A DNA stretch of 64,000 bases from Ranitomeya imitator (lineage: Eukaryota), in NCBI RefSeq assembly GCF_032444005.1, contig NC_091287.1, positions 246,264,001-246,328,000 on the forward strand. The letters run 5' to 3'. Position numbers and translations under genes: made by a program. Shown in pieces: positions 26,213 to 38,189 of this stretch (its first letter is position 1; each line of letters opens with the position of its first letter). A model generated the notes under the pieces. The model made no database searches, was not told where the DNA came from, and saw nothing but the letters and a program-made list of their open reading frames with translations.

Positions 26213-26526
26213 ACTGCAAGATAAGTGAAAGCAGTCAGAGGGGAGCGCAGAGGACTTGACCCAGGGAAGGGGAGATGAAAGAGAGTTGTCGAGCACCACC
26301 GCAGCTCCAGCTGAATACCTCCAAAGGAGGATAAGAATGTGTGTCAAACAGAAATCAGTCCCAGGAGCGCTGAAGGAAACTCAGACAACATATGTCATTT
26401 GCCACAACGCGTTTCAACGGTAAACACCTGAAGAAGACGGTGTTTACCATTGAAACACGTTGCGGCAAACGACATATGTTGTCTGAGTTTCCTTCAGCGC
26501 TCCTGGGACTGATTTCTGTTTGACAC
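26213..26526. mobile_element. 314 bp insertion with an approximately 88 bp inverted repeat; probable Penelope-like element remnant
   Basis: Flanked by the 10 bp direct repeat ATCAAAGCAA (26203-26212, 26527-26536). Arms at about 26341-26428 and 26439-26526. Confidence 0.65.
26425..26464 (+). ncRNA. Minimal type I hammerhead ribozyme motif (degenerate)
   Basis: cac-CTGAAGA-ag-acggt-gttt-accat-t-GAAAC-AC-GTT-gcg: CUGANGA and GAAA cores, a helix II and a very short helix III. Confidence 0.55.
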
Positions 26527-27878
26527 ATCAAAGCAACCTGGGATTACATAACACCTCAGCAGTGCCACAGGCTGATCGCCTCCATGCCACGCCGCATTGA
26601 TACATTAAGTGATGCAAAAGGAGCCCTGACCAAGTATTGTGAGTGCATTTACTGAATATACATTTCAATAGGCCAACATTTTGGATTTTAAGATCATTTT
26701 TCAAGCTGGTGTTATAAAGTATTCTAATTTACTGAGATATGACTTTTGGGTTTTCATTGGCTGTAAGCCATAATCATCGACACCAGAAATAAACACTTGA
26801 AATAGATCGCTCTGTTTGTAATGACTCTATATAATATATGAGTTTCACTTTTTGTGTTGAAGAACTGAAATAAATTAACTTTTTGATGATATTCTAATTT
26901 TGTGAGAAGCACCTGTATATCTATCTATTCTGACTTGTCACACTGATTTTACTGTACACGGCTGATGAAATGTCAGGTTTTCAAGGAGATGGGTGTGTAA
27001 CAATCGGACGGCACACGCATGGTCCATGTGCTTTACGATTTTTTTTCTCGCATCCATTGAATTGCATTGGCGAGTCTCGCCCAATATATGAGAACAAAAG
27101 TAGCATACTGTGATTTTTTTTCACTCCAATCTGAGCTGACAAAAAAAAATTGCAGATGAGCAAGGACTCATAGAATAATATTAGGCAAAGTGCAATCCGA
27201 TTTTTTTGGTGGGGGATTGCACTCATCCGTTTTTCTCACAAATGAGTTTGAGGCTTAGTACTGTTTTCAGTGTGGGTTTACACTTAGTAGTGTACATTAC
27301 CATACAGCTATACATTCCTTCACTCTGAGCAATAATTTAGGTCAATATCCTAGTCCTATACATAAACACCCTGGCCAAGCCAGAGTGGCCTCTTGAAGCC
27401 CCTTCCATCCACTACAGTATTATATATGATAAATGTATAACTCATAGCTGCTTCAATTCAATTTTCTTTCCCTGAAAGATGTGTTAAAGAGTTAGGCCGG
27501 CCTCACACTAGCGTGCTTTACGGACGTAAGTGAGGTGCTGAAAATACGGATTGCATACGGTACAATGCTTCTCTATGCCCCAGCTCCTATCAGCCGTATT
27601 TTACTGATCCGTATTATACGGTCTTCTACAGCCATAGAAAAACGCAGCATTCTGCGTTTGTCACCGTGTTGCGCAAAAAATACACCAATGAAAGTCTATG
27701 GGGGCCAGAAAAATACGGATTACACACGGTGTAAGTCACAACAGTGTGACTTGCGAGAACTACGCAGCGGTGTTCTATAGAAAAGCCGGCAATTCAGTGC
27801 GGTGTATAGTAAAATCACACTGACAGGTTAGAATAGAATAGCTAAGATAAATGTCTACAGATAGTATAGGGGTATATA

Positions 27879-29525
27879 CAGTTATATGAAAAAGTTTGGG
27901 CACCCCTATTAATCTTAAGCTTAATGTTTTATAAAAATTGTTTTTTTTGCAACAGCTATTTCAGTTTCATATATCTAATAACTGTTGGACATCGTAATGT
28001 TTCTGCCTTCAAAAGAGGTTTATTGTACTAACAGAAAATGTGCAATCTGCATTCAAACAAAATTTGACAGGTGCATAAGTATGGGCACCCTTATTATTTT
28101 CTTGTTTTAAATACTCCTACCTACTTTTTACTGACTTACTAAAGCACTTTCTTTGGTTTTCTAACCTCATTGAGCTTTGAACTTCATAGCCAGGTGTATG
28201 CAATCATGGGAAAAGCTAATTAAAGTGGCCACTTGCAAGTTGTTCTTCTGTTTGAATCTCCTCTGAAGAGTGGCATCATGGGCTCCTCAAAACAACTGTC
28301 TAATGATCTGAAAACAAAGATTATTCAACATCGTTCAGGGGAAGGATACAAAAGCTGTCTCAGAGATTTAACCTGTCAATTTCCACTGTGAGGAGCATAG
28401 TAAGGAAATGGAAGAACACAGGTACAGTTCTTGTTAAGGCCAGAAGTGGCAGGCCAAGAAAAACATCAGAAAGGCAGAGAAGAAGAATGGTGAGATCAGT
28501 CAAGGACAATCCTCAGACCACCTCCAGAGAGCTGCAGCATCAACTTGCTGCAGATGGTGTCACTGTGCATCGGTCAACTATACAACGCACTTTGCACAAG
28601 GAGAAGCTGTATGGGAGAGTGATGGGAAAGAAGCCGTTTCTGCAAGCACGCCACAAACAGAGTCGGCTGAGGTATGCAAAAGCACATTTGGAGAAGCCAA
28701 TTTCTTTTTGGAAGAAGGTCCTGTGGACTGATGAAACCAAGATTGAGTTGTTTGGTCATACAAAAAGGTGTTATGCATGGTGGCCAAAAAACACAGCATT
28801 CCAAGAAAAACACTTTCTACCCACAGTAAATTTTGGTGGAGGTTCCATCATGCTTTGGGGCTGTGTGGCCAATGCCGGCATTGGGAATTTTGTTAAAGTT
28901 GAGGGACGCATGGATTCCTCTCAGTATCAGCAGATTCTTGACAATAATGTTCATGAATCAGTGACAAAGTTGAAGTTATGCAGGGGATGGATCTTTCAGC
29001 AAGACAATGGTCCAAAACACCGCTCCAAATCTACTCAGGCATTCATGCAGAGGAACAATTACACTGTTCTGGAATGGCCATCCCAGTCCCAAGACCTGAA
29101 TATCATTGAACATCTGTGGGATCATTTGAAGAGGGCTGTCCATGCTCGGCGACCATCAAACTTAACTGAACTGGAATTGTTTTGTAAAGAGGAATGGTCA
29201 AAAATACCTTCATCCAGGATCCAGGAACTCATTACAAGCTACAGGAAGCGACTAGAGGCTGTTATTTTTGCAAAAGGAGGATCTACTAAATATTAATGTC
29301 ACTTTTCTGGTGGGGTGCCCATACTTATGCACCTGTCAAATTTTGTTTGACTACAGATTGCACATTTTCTGTTAGTACAATAAACCTCATTTCAAGGCAG
29401 AAATATTACCGTGTACATCAGTTATTAGATATATGAAACTGAAATAGCTGTTGCAAAAAAAAACAATTTTTACAAAATATTAAGCTTAAGATTAATAGGG
29501 GTGCCCAAACTTTTTCATATGACTG
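27879..29525 (+). mobile_element. Full-length Tc1 (DD34E) element with about 210 bp IR/DR-type TIRs
   Basis: TA|CAGTTATATGAAAAAGTTTGGGCACCCC ... GGGGTGCCCAAACTTTTTCATATGACTG|TA. The GGGCACCC motif occurs at both ends of each TIR. Confidence 0.95.
28278..29296 (+). pseudogene. Tc1 transposase (DD34E) with an N-terminal frameshift
   Basis: ATG 28278 (MGSSKQLSNDLKTKII) is out of frame with the 302 aa ORF 28388-29296, which contains WTDETK, QQDNG and DLNIIE (34 residues from D to E). Confidence 0.9.
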
Positions 29526-31254
29526 TATATATGTCAGTGAGACATATATATATTTATTAATATTTCTTACAGCGTTAGATAGCTTAAAAGTCGGTAATTC
29601 AATTGCTGGCTTTTGCTATCTCCTTCCCAAACCCGACATGATATGAGACATGGTTTACATACAGTAAACCATCTCATATCCCTTTTTTGCATATTCCACA
29701 CTACTAATGTTAGTAGTGTGTATGTGCAAAATTTGGGCGCTCTAGCTATTAAATTAAAGGGTTAAATCACGGAAAAAATTGGCATGGGCTCCCGCGCAAT
29801 TTTCTCCGCCAGAATGGTAAAGCCAGTGACTGAGGGCAGATATTAATAGCCTGGAGAGGGTCCAAGGTTATTGCCCCCCCCCTGGCTAAAAACATCTGCC
29901 CCCAGCCACCCCAGAAAAGGCACATCTGTGAGATGCGCCTATTCTGGCACTTGGCCACTGTCTTCCCATTCCTGTGTAGCGGTGGGATATGGGGTAATGA
30001 AGGGTTAATGTCACTTTGCTATTTTAAGGTGACATTAAGCCAGATTAATAATGGAGAGGCGTCAATTATGACACCTATCCATTATTAATCCAATAGTATG
30101 AAATGGTTAATAAAACACACACACATTATTACAAAGTCTTTTAATGAAATAAATACACAGGTTGTTGTAATATTTTATTATACTGGTAATCCACTTGCAG
30201 ACCCTCGTTCTGTAAAAAAGGAAAAATAAGAAAATATCAATATCCCATACCTTCCGTCGTTCTGTCACGTCCCACGATGTAAATCCATCTGAAGGGGTTA
30301 ACTAATTTTACAAGCAGAAGCTCTGCTAATGCAGCTGTGCTCCTGCCTGTAAAACCCCGGGGGAATGAATGGAATGTAGGTCAATGACCTGTAGTTACCT
30401 TCAGTTGCGGTGATGCGCCCTCTGCTGGATGTCCTCATATGAACTCGAGCCTGGGAACTTTTCAGAATATTTTCCCAGGCTCGAGTTAATTATATATCTA
30501 TAATAAAAGGCTGGGAGCATCACTCTGTCCGAAGCCTTTATAGACTGCACAAGCACAAGCGCCGGCGCAGTCTGGACCCCACAGAGTGACGCAGCCCAGG
30601 AGATCGCTGTATGCGTAAGCACTGAACGCACAGCGCGATCTCCAACGGAGAAGCAGGGATGTGGCAGGAGGGTGAGTATAAGCTTTATTCGCCTGTCCCG
30701 TTCCAGCGCTGCGCGCCGCTCCAACTTTCAGGTCCTCTGCCTGTGACGTTCACAGTTCAGAGGGCGCAATGATGCGCTTAATGCGCGCCGCCCTCTGACT
30801 AAACAGTCAAAGCCAGAGGACCCGGAACATGGAGCGGCACGCAGCGCTGGATCAGGACCAGGTGACTATAGCAAGTGTCGGGGGGCTGAGCTAGCGGCGA
30901 CTCCGGCACCTGACCCCCACAGCACACCGGTGTCCCTGCCTGCTCAGGTCCCCCAGCACTCGGAGCCCAGCGACGATAGGTGAGTATGTTATTTTTTTTT
31001 TATATATCGCAGCAGTATATGGGGCATATACTATGGAGCATCTTATGGGGGCCATCAACATTTATGGAGCAGTGTACGGGGCATATACTATGGAGCATCT
31101 TTGTTGTGAATTCTGTTGTTAAGCTCCCTCCTGTGGTCATGAATGGTACTTTGGCTGGTTCTGTCCATGGGCTTCCTCTGGTGGTTGTGAGTGGAGCTGC
31201 GGCTTCTGAGGTTCCTTCCACAGGTGACGAGGTTAATTCGTTAGCTGGCTGCTC

Positions 31255-31261
31255 TATTTAA
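31255..31261 (+). promoter_or_regulatory. Putative TATA box of the Gypsy 2 5' LTR
   Basis: TATTTAA lies 30 nt upstream of GCCACCTGT (31285). The equivalent TACTTAA has the same spacing in Gypsy 1 (minus strand, 21424 to 21394). Confidence 0.55.
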
Positions 31262-32003
31262 CTCCACCTAGATCATTGCTCCATGCCACCTGTCAATGTT
31301 CCAGTATTGGTCTAGTTCGCTCCTGGATCGTTCTTGTGACCTGTCTTCCCAGCAGAAGCTAAGTTCCTGCTTGTTTTTCTCTGTTTGCTATTTTTTCTGT
31401 CTAGCTTGCTATTTTTGATTTTTGTCTTGCTTGCTGGAAGCTCTGGGACGCAGAGGGAGCGCCTCCGCACCGTGAGTTGGTGCGGAGGGTCTTTTTGCGC
31501 CCTCTGCGTGGTCTTTTTGTAGTTTTTTGTGCTGACCACAAAGTTACCTTTCCTATCCTCTGTCTGTTCAGTAAGTCGGGCCTCACTTTGCTAAATCTAT
31601 TTCATCTCTGTGTTTGTAATTTTCATCTTAACTCACAGTCATTATATGTGGGGGGCTGCCTGTTCCTTTGGGGAATTTCTCTGAGGTAAGGTAGGCTTTA
31701 GTTTTCTATCTTTAGGGCTAGCGAGTTCCTTAGGCTGTGACGAGGCGCCTAGGGAGCGTCAGGAGCGCTCCACGGCTATTTCTAGTGTGTGTGATAGGTT
31801 TAGGGATTGCGGTCAGCAGAGTTCCCACGTCTCAGAATTTGTCCTGTATTATTAGTAACTATCAGGTCATTCCGTGTGCTCTTAACCACCAGGTCCATTA
31901 TTGTCCTCACCACCAGGTCATAACAGTACAGGTGGCCAAAAGTGTTAATGCATCTCAATAGAGGGATAAGAGAAGTTCTGAGACCATTATTTTTCTTTGC
32001 AGT

Positions 32004-35000
32004 GTGTTTTGTCACTCTTTTCCCCTTTACCTCTGGGTGGTTCAGGATACAGGTGTACATATGGACATTCAAGGTCTGTCCTCTTGTATGGATAATCTCA
32101 CTGCAAGGGTACAAAACATTCAAGATTTTGTGGTTCAGAATCCGATGTCAGAGCCTAGGATTCCAATTCCTGATTTGTTTTTTGGGGATAGATCTAAGTT
32201 TCTGAATTCCAAAAATAATTGTAAATTGTTTCTTGCTTTGAAACCTCGCTCCTCAGGTGACCCTGTTCAACAAGTGAAAATCATTATTTCTTTGTTACGT
32301 GGCGACCCTCAAGACTGGGCATTTTCCCTTGCTCCAGGAGATCCGGCATTGCGCGATGTTGATGCGTTTTTTCTGGCGCTTGGGTTGCTTTATGATGAAC
32401 CAAATTCAGTGGATCAGGCAGAGAAAATCTTGCTGGCTCTGTGTCAGGGTCAGGATGAGGTAGAGATATATTGTCAGAAGTTTAGGAAGTGGTCTGTACT
32501 CACTCAGTGGAATGAATGTGCGCTGGCAGCAATTTTCAGAAAGGGTCTCTCTGAAGCCCTTAAGGATGTCGTGGTGGGATTTCCCATGCCTGCTGGTCTG
32601 AATGAGTCTATGTCTTTGGCCATTCAGATCGATCGACGCTTGCATGAGCGTAAAGTTGTGCACCATTTGGCGGTATTATCTGAGCATAGACCTGAGCCTA
32701 TGCAATGTGATAGGACTTTGACCAGAGCTGAACGGCAAGAACACAGACGTCGGAATGGGCTGTGTTTTTACTGTGGTGATTCCACTCATGCTATCTCCGA
32801 TTGTCCTAAGCACACTAAGCGTTTCGCTAGGTCTGCCACCATTGGTACGGTACAGTCGAAATTTCTTTTGTCCGTTACTCTGATTTGCTCTTTGTCATCC
32901 TATTCTGTTATGGCATTTGTGGATTCAGGCGCTGCCCTGAATTTGATGGACTTGGAGTATGCTAGGCGCTGTGGTTTTTTCTTGGAGCCCTTGCAGTATC
33001 CTATTCCATTGAGAGGAATTGATGCTACGCCTTTGGCCAAGAATAAGCCCCAGTACTGGACCCAATTGACCATGTGCATGGCTCCTGCACATCAGGAGGA
33101 TATTCGCTTTTTGGTGTTGCATAATCTGCATGATGTGGTCGTTTTGGGGTTGCCATGGCTACAGGTCCATAATCCAGTATTGGATTGGAAATCTATGTCT
33201 GTGTCCAGCTGGGGTTGTCAGGGGGTACATGGTGATGTTCCATTTTTGTCTATTTCGTCATCCACCCCTTCTGAAGTCCCGGAGTTTTTGTCGGATTACC
33301 GGGATGTATTTGATGAGCCCAAATCCAGTGCCCTACCTCCTCATAGGGATTGCGATTGTGCTATCAATTTGATTCCTGGTAGTAAGTTTCCTAAGGGCCG
33401 ACTGTTCAATTTATCTGTGCCAGAACATGCCGCTATGCGGAGTTATATAAAGGAATCCTTGGAGAAGGGTCATATTCGCCCCTCGTCGTCGCCATTGGGG
33501 GCAGGGTTCTTTTTTGTGGCCAAGAAGGATGGTTCGTTGAGACCTTGTATTGATTACCGCCTTCTAAATAAAATCACAGTCAAATTTCAGTACCCCTTGC
33601 CGCTGCTGTCTGATTTGTTTGCTCGGATTAAGGGGGCTAGTTGGTTCACCAAGATAGATCTTCGTGGTGCGTATAATCTTGTGCGTATTAAACAGGGCGA
33701 TGAATGGAAAACAGCATTTAATACGCCCAAGGGCCATTTTGAGTACCTGGTTATGCCATTCGGGCTTTCCAATGCTCCATCAGTATTTCAGTCCTTTATG
33801 CATGACATCTTCCGAGAGTACCTGGATAAATTCCTGATTGTATATTTGGATGATATTTTGGTCTTCTCGGATGATTGGGAGTCTCACGTGAAGCAGGTCA
33901 GAATGGTGTTCCAGGTCCTTCGTGCTAATTCTTTGTTTGTGAAGGGGTCTAAGTGTCTCTTTGGAGTTCAGAAGGTTTCATTTTTGGGTTTCATTTTTTC
34001 CCCTTCTACTATCGAGATGGACCCTGTTAAAGTCCAGGCCATTTATGATTGGACTCAGCCGACATCTGTGAAGAGTCTGCAAAAGTTCCTGGGCTTTGCT
34101 AATTTTTATCGTCGCTTCATCAGTAATTTTTCTAGTGTTGCTAAACCGTTGACTGATTTGACCAAGAAGGGTGCTGATGTGGTCAATTGGTCTTCTGCGG
34201 CTGTGGAAGCTTTTCAGGAGTTGAAGCGTCGTTTTTCTTCTGCCCCTGTGTTGTGCCAGCCAGATGTTTCATTCCCGTTTCAGGTCGAGGTTGATGCTTC
34301 TGAGATTGGAGCAGGAGCTGTTTTGTCGCAAAGAAGTTCTGATGGCTCGGTGATGAAACCATGTGCCTTCTTTTCTAGAAAGTTTTCGCTTGCTGAGCGC
34401 AATTATGATGTTGGCAATCGAGAGTTGTTGGCCATGAAGTGGGCATTCGAGGAGTGGCGTCATTGGCTTGAAGGAGCCAAGCATCGCGTGGTGGTCTTGA
34501 CGGATCACAAGAATTTGACTTATCTCGAGTCTGCCAAACGGTTGAATCCTAGACAGGCTCGTTGGTCGCTATTTTTCTCCCGTTTTGATTTTGTGGTTTC
34601 GTACCTTCCGGGCTCTAAGAATGTGAAGGCTGATGCCCTGTCAAGGAGTTTTGTGCCCGACTCTCCGGGTGTTCCTGAGCCGGCGGGTATTCTCAAAGAG
34701 GGGGTAATTTTCTCTGCCATCTCCCCTGATTTGCGATGGGTGCTGCAAAAATTTCAGGCTGATAGACCTGACCCTTGCCCAGCGGAGAAACTGTTTGTCC
34801 CTGATAAATGGACTAGTAGAGTTATCTCTGAGGTTCATTGTTCGGTGTTGGCTGGTCATCCTGGAATCTTTGGTACCAGAGATTTGGTGGCTAGATCCTT
34901 TTGGTGGCCGTCTTTGTCGTGGGATGTGCGTTCTTTTGTGCAGTCCTGTGAGACTTGTGCTCGGGCTAAGCCCTGCTGTTCTCGTGCCAGTGGGTTGCTT

Positions 35001-36128
35001 TTGCCCTTGCCGGTCCCGAAGAGGCCCTGGAGGCATATTTCTATGGATTTTATTTCGGATCTCCCTGTCTCTCAAAAGATGTCGGTCATTTGGGTGGTTT
35101 GTGATCGCTTCTCTAAGATGGTCCATTTGGTACCCTTGTCTAAATTGCCTTCCTCCTCTGATTTGGTGCAGTTGTTTTTCCAGCATGTGGTTCGTTTACA
35201 TGGCATTCCGGAGAACATCGTTTCGGACAGAGGTTCCCAGTTTGTTTCGAGGTTTTGGCGATCCTTTTGTGCTAGGATGGGCATTGATTTGTCTTTTTCC
35301 TCGGCTTTCCATCCTCAGACTAATGGCCAAACCGAACGTACTAATCAGACTTTGGAAACATATCTGAGATGCTTTGTTTCTGCTGATCAGGATGATTGGG
35401 TGTCCTTTTTGCCTTTGGCTGAGTTCGCCCTTAATAATCGGGCCAGCTCGGCTACTTTGGTTTCGCCGTTTTTCTGCAATTCTGGTTTCCATCCTCGTTT
35501 CTCTTCAGGGCAGGTTGAGTCTTCGGACTGTCCTGGTGTAGATACTGTGGTGGACAGGTTGCAGCAGATTTGGACTCATGTGGTGGACAATTTGACATTG
35601 TCCCAGGAGAAGGCTCAACGTTTCGCTAACCGCCGGCGCTGTGTGGGTCCCCGACTTCGTGTTGGGGATTTGGTTTGGTTGTTGTCTCGTTATGTTCCTA
35701 TGAAGGTTTCCTCTCCTAAGTTTAAGCCTCGTTTCATTGGTCTGTATAAGATTTCTGAGGTTCCCAATCCTGTGTCATTTCGTTTGACCCTTCCAGCTTC
35801 TTTTGCCATCCATAATGTATTCCATAGGTTGTTGTTGCTGAGATATGTGGCGCCTGTGGTTCCATCCGTTGATCCTCCTGCCATGGTGTTGGTTGAGGGG
35901 GAGTAGGAGTATGTGGTGGAGAAGATTTTGGATTCTCGTATTTCGAGACGGAAACTCCAGTACCTGGTCAAGTGGAAGGGTTATGGTCAGGAAGATAATT
36001 CCTGGGTCTTTGCCTCTGATGTTCATGCTGCCGATCTGGTTCGTGCCTTTCATTTGGCTCATCCTGGTCGGCCTGGGGGCTCTGGTGAGGGTTCGGTGAC
36101 CCCTCCTCAAGGGGGGGTACTGTTGTGA
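32004..36128 (+). CDS. Gag-Pol polyprotein of Gypsy element 2, with an in-frame TAG at 35904-35906 just before the chromodomain
   Basis: 1300 aa ORF (likely ATG at 32061, MDIQG) containing CCHC, DSGA, YLDD, RNase H and integrase. The chromodomain continues in frame at 35907-36128. Confidence 0.93.
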
Positions 36129-36944
36129 ATTCTGTTGTTAAGCTCCCTCCTGTGGTCATGAATGGTACTTTGGCTGGTTCTGTCCATGGGCTTCCTCTGG
36201 TGGTTGTGAGTGGAGCTGCGGCTTCTGAGGTTCTTTCCACAGGTGACGAGGTTAATTCGTTAGCTGGCTGCTCTATTTAACTCCACCTAGATCATTGCTC
36301 CATGCCACCTGTCAATGTTCCAGTATTGGTCTAGTTCGCTCCTGGATCGTTCTTGTGACCTGTCTTCCCAGCAGAAGCTAAGTTCCTGCTTGTTTTTCTC
36401 TGTTTGCTATTTTTTCTGTCCAGCTTGCTATTTTTGATTTTTGTCTTGCTTGCTGGAAGCTCTGGGACGCAGAGGGAGCGCCTCCGCACCGTGAGTCGGT
36501 GCGGAGGGTCTTTTTGCGCCCTCTGCGTGGTCTTTTTGTAGTTTTTTGTGCTGACCGCAAAGTTACCTTTCCTATCCTCTGTCTGTTCAGTAAGTCGGGC
36601 CTCACTTTGCTAAATCTATTTCATCTCTGTGTTTGTAATTTTCATCTTAACTCACAGTCATTATATGTGGGGGGCTGCCTGTTCCTTTGGGGAATTTCTC
36701 TGAGGCAAGGTAGGCTTTAGTTTTCTATCTTTAGGGCTAGCGAGTTCCTTAGGCTGTGACGAGGCACCTAGGGAGTGTCAGGAGCGCTCCACGGCTATTT
36801 CTAGTGTGTGTGATAGGTTTAGGGATTGCGGTCAGCAGAGTTCCCACGTCTCAGAGCTTGTCCTGTATTATTAGTAACTATCAGGTCATTCCGTGTGCTC
36901 TTAACCACCAGGTCCATTATTGTCCTCACCACCAGGTCATAACA

Positions 36945-37565
36945 CATCTTATGGGGGCCATCAACATTTATGGAGCAGTGTACGGGGCATATACTATGGA
37001 GCATCTTATGGGGGCCATAAACCTTTATGAAGCAGTGTACGGGGCATATACTATGGAGCATCTTATGGGGGCCATAAACCTTTATGGAGCAGTGTACGGG
37101 GCATATACTATGGAGCATCTTATGGGGGCCACAAACCTTTATGGAGCAGTGTACGGGGCATATACTATGGATCATCTTATGGGGGCCATAAACCTTTATG
37201 GAGCAGCATACGTGGCATATACTATGGAGCATCTTATGGGGGCCATCAACCATAATGCAGCAGCATACGGGGCATATACTATGGAGCATCTCATGGGGGC
37301 CATCAACCATAATGGAGCAGCATATGAGGCATATACTATGGAGCATCTTATGGGGGCCATCAACCATAATGCAGCAGCATACGGGGCATATACTATGGAG
37401 CATCTTATGGGGGCCATCAACCATAATGGAGCAGCATATGAGGCATATATAGTATGGAGCATCTTATAGGGGCCATCAACCATAATGGAGCAGCATACGG
37501 GGCATATACTATGGAGCATCTTATGGGGGCCATCAACCATAATGGAGCAGCGTATGGGGCATATG
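36945..37565. repeat. 57 bp minisatellite, about 11 copies (further copies at about 31020-31101)
   Basis: Unit catcttatgggggccat(a/c)aacc(t/a)t(t/a)atggagcag...ggggcatatactatggag. Confidence 0.92.
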
Positions 37566-37594
37566 GATGGGAGCAGCAAATTACAGAATGGTGG

Positions 37595-38085
37595 TGCAGG
37601 ATGGGAGGAGCACATGACAGAACGGGGGCACAGGATGGGAGCAGCACATGACAGAATAGGGCAGCACATGACAGAACGGGGGTGCAGGATGGCAGCAGCA
37701 CATGACAGGATGGGGGCGCAGGATGGGAGCAGCAAATGACAGAATGGAAGCGCAGGATGGGTGCAGCACATGTCAGAATGGAGGCGCAGGATGGGTGCAG
37801 CACATGTCAGAATAGGGGTGCAGGATGGGAGCAGCACATGTCAGAATGGGGGTGCAGGATGGGAGCAGCACATGTCAGAATGGGGGTGCAGGATGGGAGC
37901 AGCACGTGACAGAATGGGGGTGCAGGATGGGTGCAGCACATGACAGGATGGGGGCGCAGGATGGAGCAGCCCATGACAGGATAGGGCGCAGGATGGAGCT
38001 GCTCATGACAGGATGGGGACGCAGGATGGAGCAGCACATGACAGGATGGGGACGCAGGAATGGAGCAGCACATACCAGGATGGAG
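37595..38085. repeat. About 34 bp minisatellite
   Basis: Unit gcaggatgggagcagcacatg(a/t)cagaatgggg(g)t. Confidence 0.88.
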
Positions 38086-38140
38086 ACCATATACCAATAT
38101 AAATGCTCGCCACCCGGGCGTAGAACGGGTTCAATAGCTA

Positions 38141-38189
<49 letters not shown>

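Larger units (their letters stand above)
25038..26915 (+). mobile_element. Tc1-like element with long TIRs and a pseudogenised transposase
   Basis: TA|CAGATGCTTCTCAAAAAATTAGAAT ... ATTCTAATTTTGTGAGAAGCACCTG|TA. Transposase pieces start at ATG 25314 (stop at 25569) and include LFSDEGKF and QQD; the C-terminus is interrupted at 26213-26526. Confidence 0.9.
31102..36944 (+). mobile_element. Full-length Gypsy LTR retrotransposon 2 (chromodomain-bearing, Tf1/sushi-like)
   Basis: LTRs at 31102-31925 and 36121-36944 (824 bp, about 9 differences); 6 bp TSD CATCTT; PPT aaggggggg just upstream of 36121. Confidence 0.97.
30497..38141 (+). mobile_element. Non-autonomous Helitron carrying minisatellites, split by Gypsy element 2
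   Basis: A|TCTATAATAAAAGG 5' end; 3' hairpin ACCCG...CGGGT followed by CTAG|T; inserted between A and T. Confidence 0.7.
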
